Source: Chiloscyllium plagiosum (taxonomy: Eukaryota). Taken from it: a stretch of 64,000 bases of DNA. The notes beneath the pieces are model-generated. The model worked only from the letters and a program-made list of their open reading frames with translations. It was not told where the DNA came from and did not search any database. The position numbers and the translations under genes were made by a program. The stretch's first letter is position 1. Each line of letters begins with the position of its first letter. Positions 61,063 to 64,000 of the stretch are shown piece by piece. The DNA lies in contig NC_057718.1 of NCBI RefSeq assembly GCF_004010195.1, positions 41,499,803-41,563,802 on the forward strand, given 5' to 3'.

Positions 61063-64000
61063 ATGGACTTGTAACATCTGGAGTATTTGACTTCTTCCAA
61101 TGTTTTTTACTTGTGTAAACTATTCTCCAGGAGAGAGAAAGGCCAAAGAATTTGTTTTGAGTCAATTGCAAATAATTGGGGAAACCAGCAAAATTACAAC
61201 CTTTCAAGTGACTCTCTTGTGAAGTTTCCATCCTGTCTGTTGTGTGGAGTGTGGATTATGTTCTCGATTTCACCTTGACATTCAGACTGAGTTCAAGAAT
61301 TTGAAGCCAATGTTTGAGGTGAGTGGTAGAAAAGGCCAGAGAGATTCAAAGACTTACTCTGCTTCTATTTGTGGACATCCTATCATTCTGTGCCACTATC
61401 TATATTGTCACAATGCCAAGTCATCACTGTGCTGTTGAGCCATTTTTAGTTTTTTTTAAAGTATAAAATGATATTGATGGCACAGAGCCATCCAGCAGTC
61501 AAAGATTTAATTATATTTTCAGCATCACATCAGGACATTTTCCAATTTCCAACCTAAACATGAAACTGTGATACTCCTGCACTGACATAAGAGGACTTAA
61601 CTGAGATTATTAAACAGCAGCCCAAAAAAATCAATAAGTCTCGCCATCACTATCTGAGGTAATTTTCTTTCTATGTAAATAGGTAGAAGCAATCCACAAT
61701 AAAACATGAGGCCATTAAGTTTAAAATCTTAGAGTTTCAAAATAAACCTTTTCAAGTTTCTTTATGAGTGCATTCTTTTAAAGATAGAGCTTGCAATAAA
61801 AAGTACAAAACTTAAGAAATCCAAATAAACTCTCGTACAGGACCATTTAAGATTCAATAAACAGGAGAGAAAACATATTAAACATGCCCTCCTATACTGT
61901 ATGGCTCCTTGTAAACAATTAATGTATATAAAGCGTGCCTTGTAAATTTTTACCAGAGAAACAGCATAATCACAGTGTAGTGCCAATTTCAAGTGTAAAG
62001 GTAAGAAATTTCAGGGGTACGTCATTAAGTGCTTTTTTACTCCACTCCAAATTAGTTCAATCTCTTATTTTGATTCAAAAGAATCTTTGCTGTAAATCTC
62101 TGCTTTTCACTAACTGAGCCCCAACTCTGTACAAGAGTGCAATTTATGCAAATTTCTTGAACTTACACCACTTCTATGTGGGCAGTAAGTCTACCATAAC
62201 ATTTCATACACAGTGGGACCCAAGGTGTTATTTCTGGCGTTTCATGGTTAGTGAATGTTTTACTTTTAACCTTTTCCATTCACCCAGAGAAAAACGACCT
62301 TTTTGTGTCTCTAAATGCATTTTGATGGATCAAAATGATTTGCACTAAACACTGAAGAAGCCCTGGCATGTCAATTATTTGTATGTGCTAATTTGAATGC
62401 TTAAAATCATGTTCATGCAGAGAAAATAAGGAAGCTGGCATACACTAATAAGATTTTCATGAAATTCTTAATACAATGCACCAATGAGGTCAGCCTAAAT
62501 TTTGTGTGAAGTCATTTTTAGGAATTTCCAGGCAGATTTATAATGCTATGCTTAACAGAGATACTAATTAATCACAACGTAGGCTGCGCCTCATGCTGTC
62601 ATTATTTCGAAGTGATCGCGGAAATTCCCTTGGCGCATATTGCTATATCCTGGCCTGTTCATTTGTGCTACACAGCTATTCGGCCACCCACATTTTTCCT
62701 TTAGTGCATCATCGCAGTACACATGCATGCAGGTACATGCTGTGCATTGCTACACCCTTCCATGGGGCTCAGTGTATATACACAACAGGTTCTTGGCAGG
62801 ATATCTTCCCTCAAGATGGATCACCAAAGCAATTAAGAGAACTGCATTGGGAACAAGAGGTCAAAAGAACTCTAAAAGGATTGGAAATGTAACAAAAGTA
62901 GCATGTAGCATGAAAGCCTCCTCAGAAGGCCTTTGTTAAGAATGAGGTCTTCAACAGCTGAATGCTTTGAGAGAGAAAGACAGCTACAAGATCCTGTCAC
63001 TCTACTGGTGGAAATACAATGGTGCCCTTTACACTTGTTTCCTGGCACTTAAGTCCAAGCTTTCATGGAGACAGGAGGACAGCAAGGGACCAGGGGTGGT
63101 TCACATTTTTGGCCATTTCCATAAGTAAAACTACAGCAGTCTTCAGTCAGAAGCATTTTTCATCCTACATTCCTGAAGAATGAGATCACAAGCTTTAATC
63201 CTAAGGAGTCTTTTTGCAGATGTCAGACACCCTTTTGGAAAGGTTCAACTAGCACTTCTGACTTGTTAAAAGTAGACATGAATGTGCATAAACGATACAC
63301 AAGGTGGATGGAATTGTCAAGCTGTCAAATCATTTAAATCCCCTGCTTTTTAACACCAAGGAAAATCCCACGGTGACTCTTTATTGGGGGCTTACTATGC
63401 TCGCACCCTTGCATGGTCTGGTCCCCATAATACAGGGGAGGGGGAGGGGAATATAGTGCTTATGAGGCCATTAGGTCCATTAAGTCCATAATTAAATGGC
63501 AATGAAAGGGTTCAATTCACTTCCACAATATGCTGAGAAGTGGAAGGCAGGAGAGAGTAAGAAAGCTATTTCACCACCAAATTCGGTGAAATGATGGGAA
63601 GGTGAGTCTCTCATTCAAGGAATGACCTGTGTGGATCAGCAATACTACAGCCTATCGACCAAGATCATATCCCATCTTGGTGCCTCCATATTTGCCATCC
63701 AATGCCCCCATTCCCACCCTTCTCAGCTTGTAAATGTTTCCCACAGTGCATAGGTCCAAAAACAAACAGGCTTTTTAAACAGCCCACCACAACATTGGCA
63801 TCCTCTGCAGCTCCCATTGCACTATTTCCAGACGGGGCTGACCAGACTCCAGTTTTCTCCTGCCCATGGAGTGAAAATGCAACCTTTTGGGTAAGATTTT
63901 TCAGAGTTGGTTTTGGTAGTTGGAAATTTTCCCGATTCTGCGCATCCAACAGGACAGCAGAAGTTTGGCCCTTACTGTCACCTTTCCCATGGCCACCCTG

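Noticed and set aside
63140..63170. MKNAS-like match to TGFB2 exon 2 on the minus strand
   Set aside because: Reads MKNASD then stop, with no surrounding similarity.

Overview
Eukaryotic, AT-rich, CpG-depleted vertebrate DNA. The repeat content (HE1-type V-SINEs, HER1/CR1 LINE tails, SacSINE1-like DeuSINEs) points to a shark or other elasmobranch. The only host gene I can support is TGFB2 on the minus strand. Five coding exons are present (human-equivalent exons 3-7: 17684-17816, 17438-17548, 13512-13689, 8465-8618, 5849-6007), all GT-AG with consistent phases, followed by a probable ~4.2 kb 3'UTR ending near 1670. I did not find exons 1-2, so 17817-64000 is probably one large intron. That intron holds a decayed Gypsy LTR retrotransposon (~39.5-52.7 kb) with many nested insertions, including a Penelope-like element with inverted termini. 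The most interesting signals are: (1) at least three families of short, non-coding, often fold-back insertions, many with 10-16 bp target-site duplications, that carry Penelope-type minimal hammerhead ribozyme cores, four of them near-intact on the TGFB2 pre-mRNA strand; (2) a mature TGF-beta2 with R25 and V92, the TGF-beta1/3-type residues at two of the three TbetaRII-affinity positions; (3) a recent 230-bp locally templated insertion with a 17-bp duplication. Most ORFs in the supplied track are spurious or transposon debris. Comparisons to human sequence are from memory and need an alignment to confirm.
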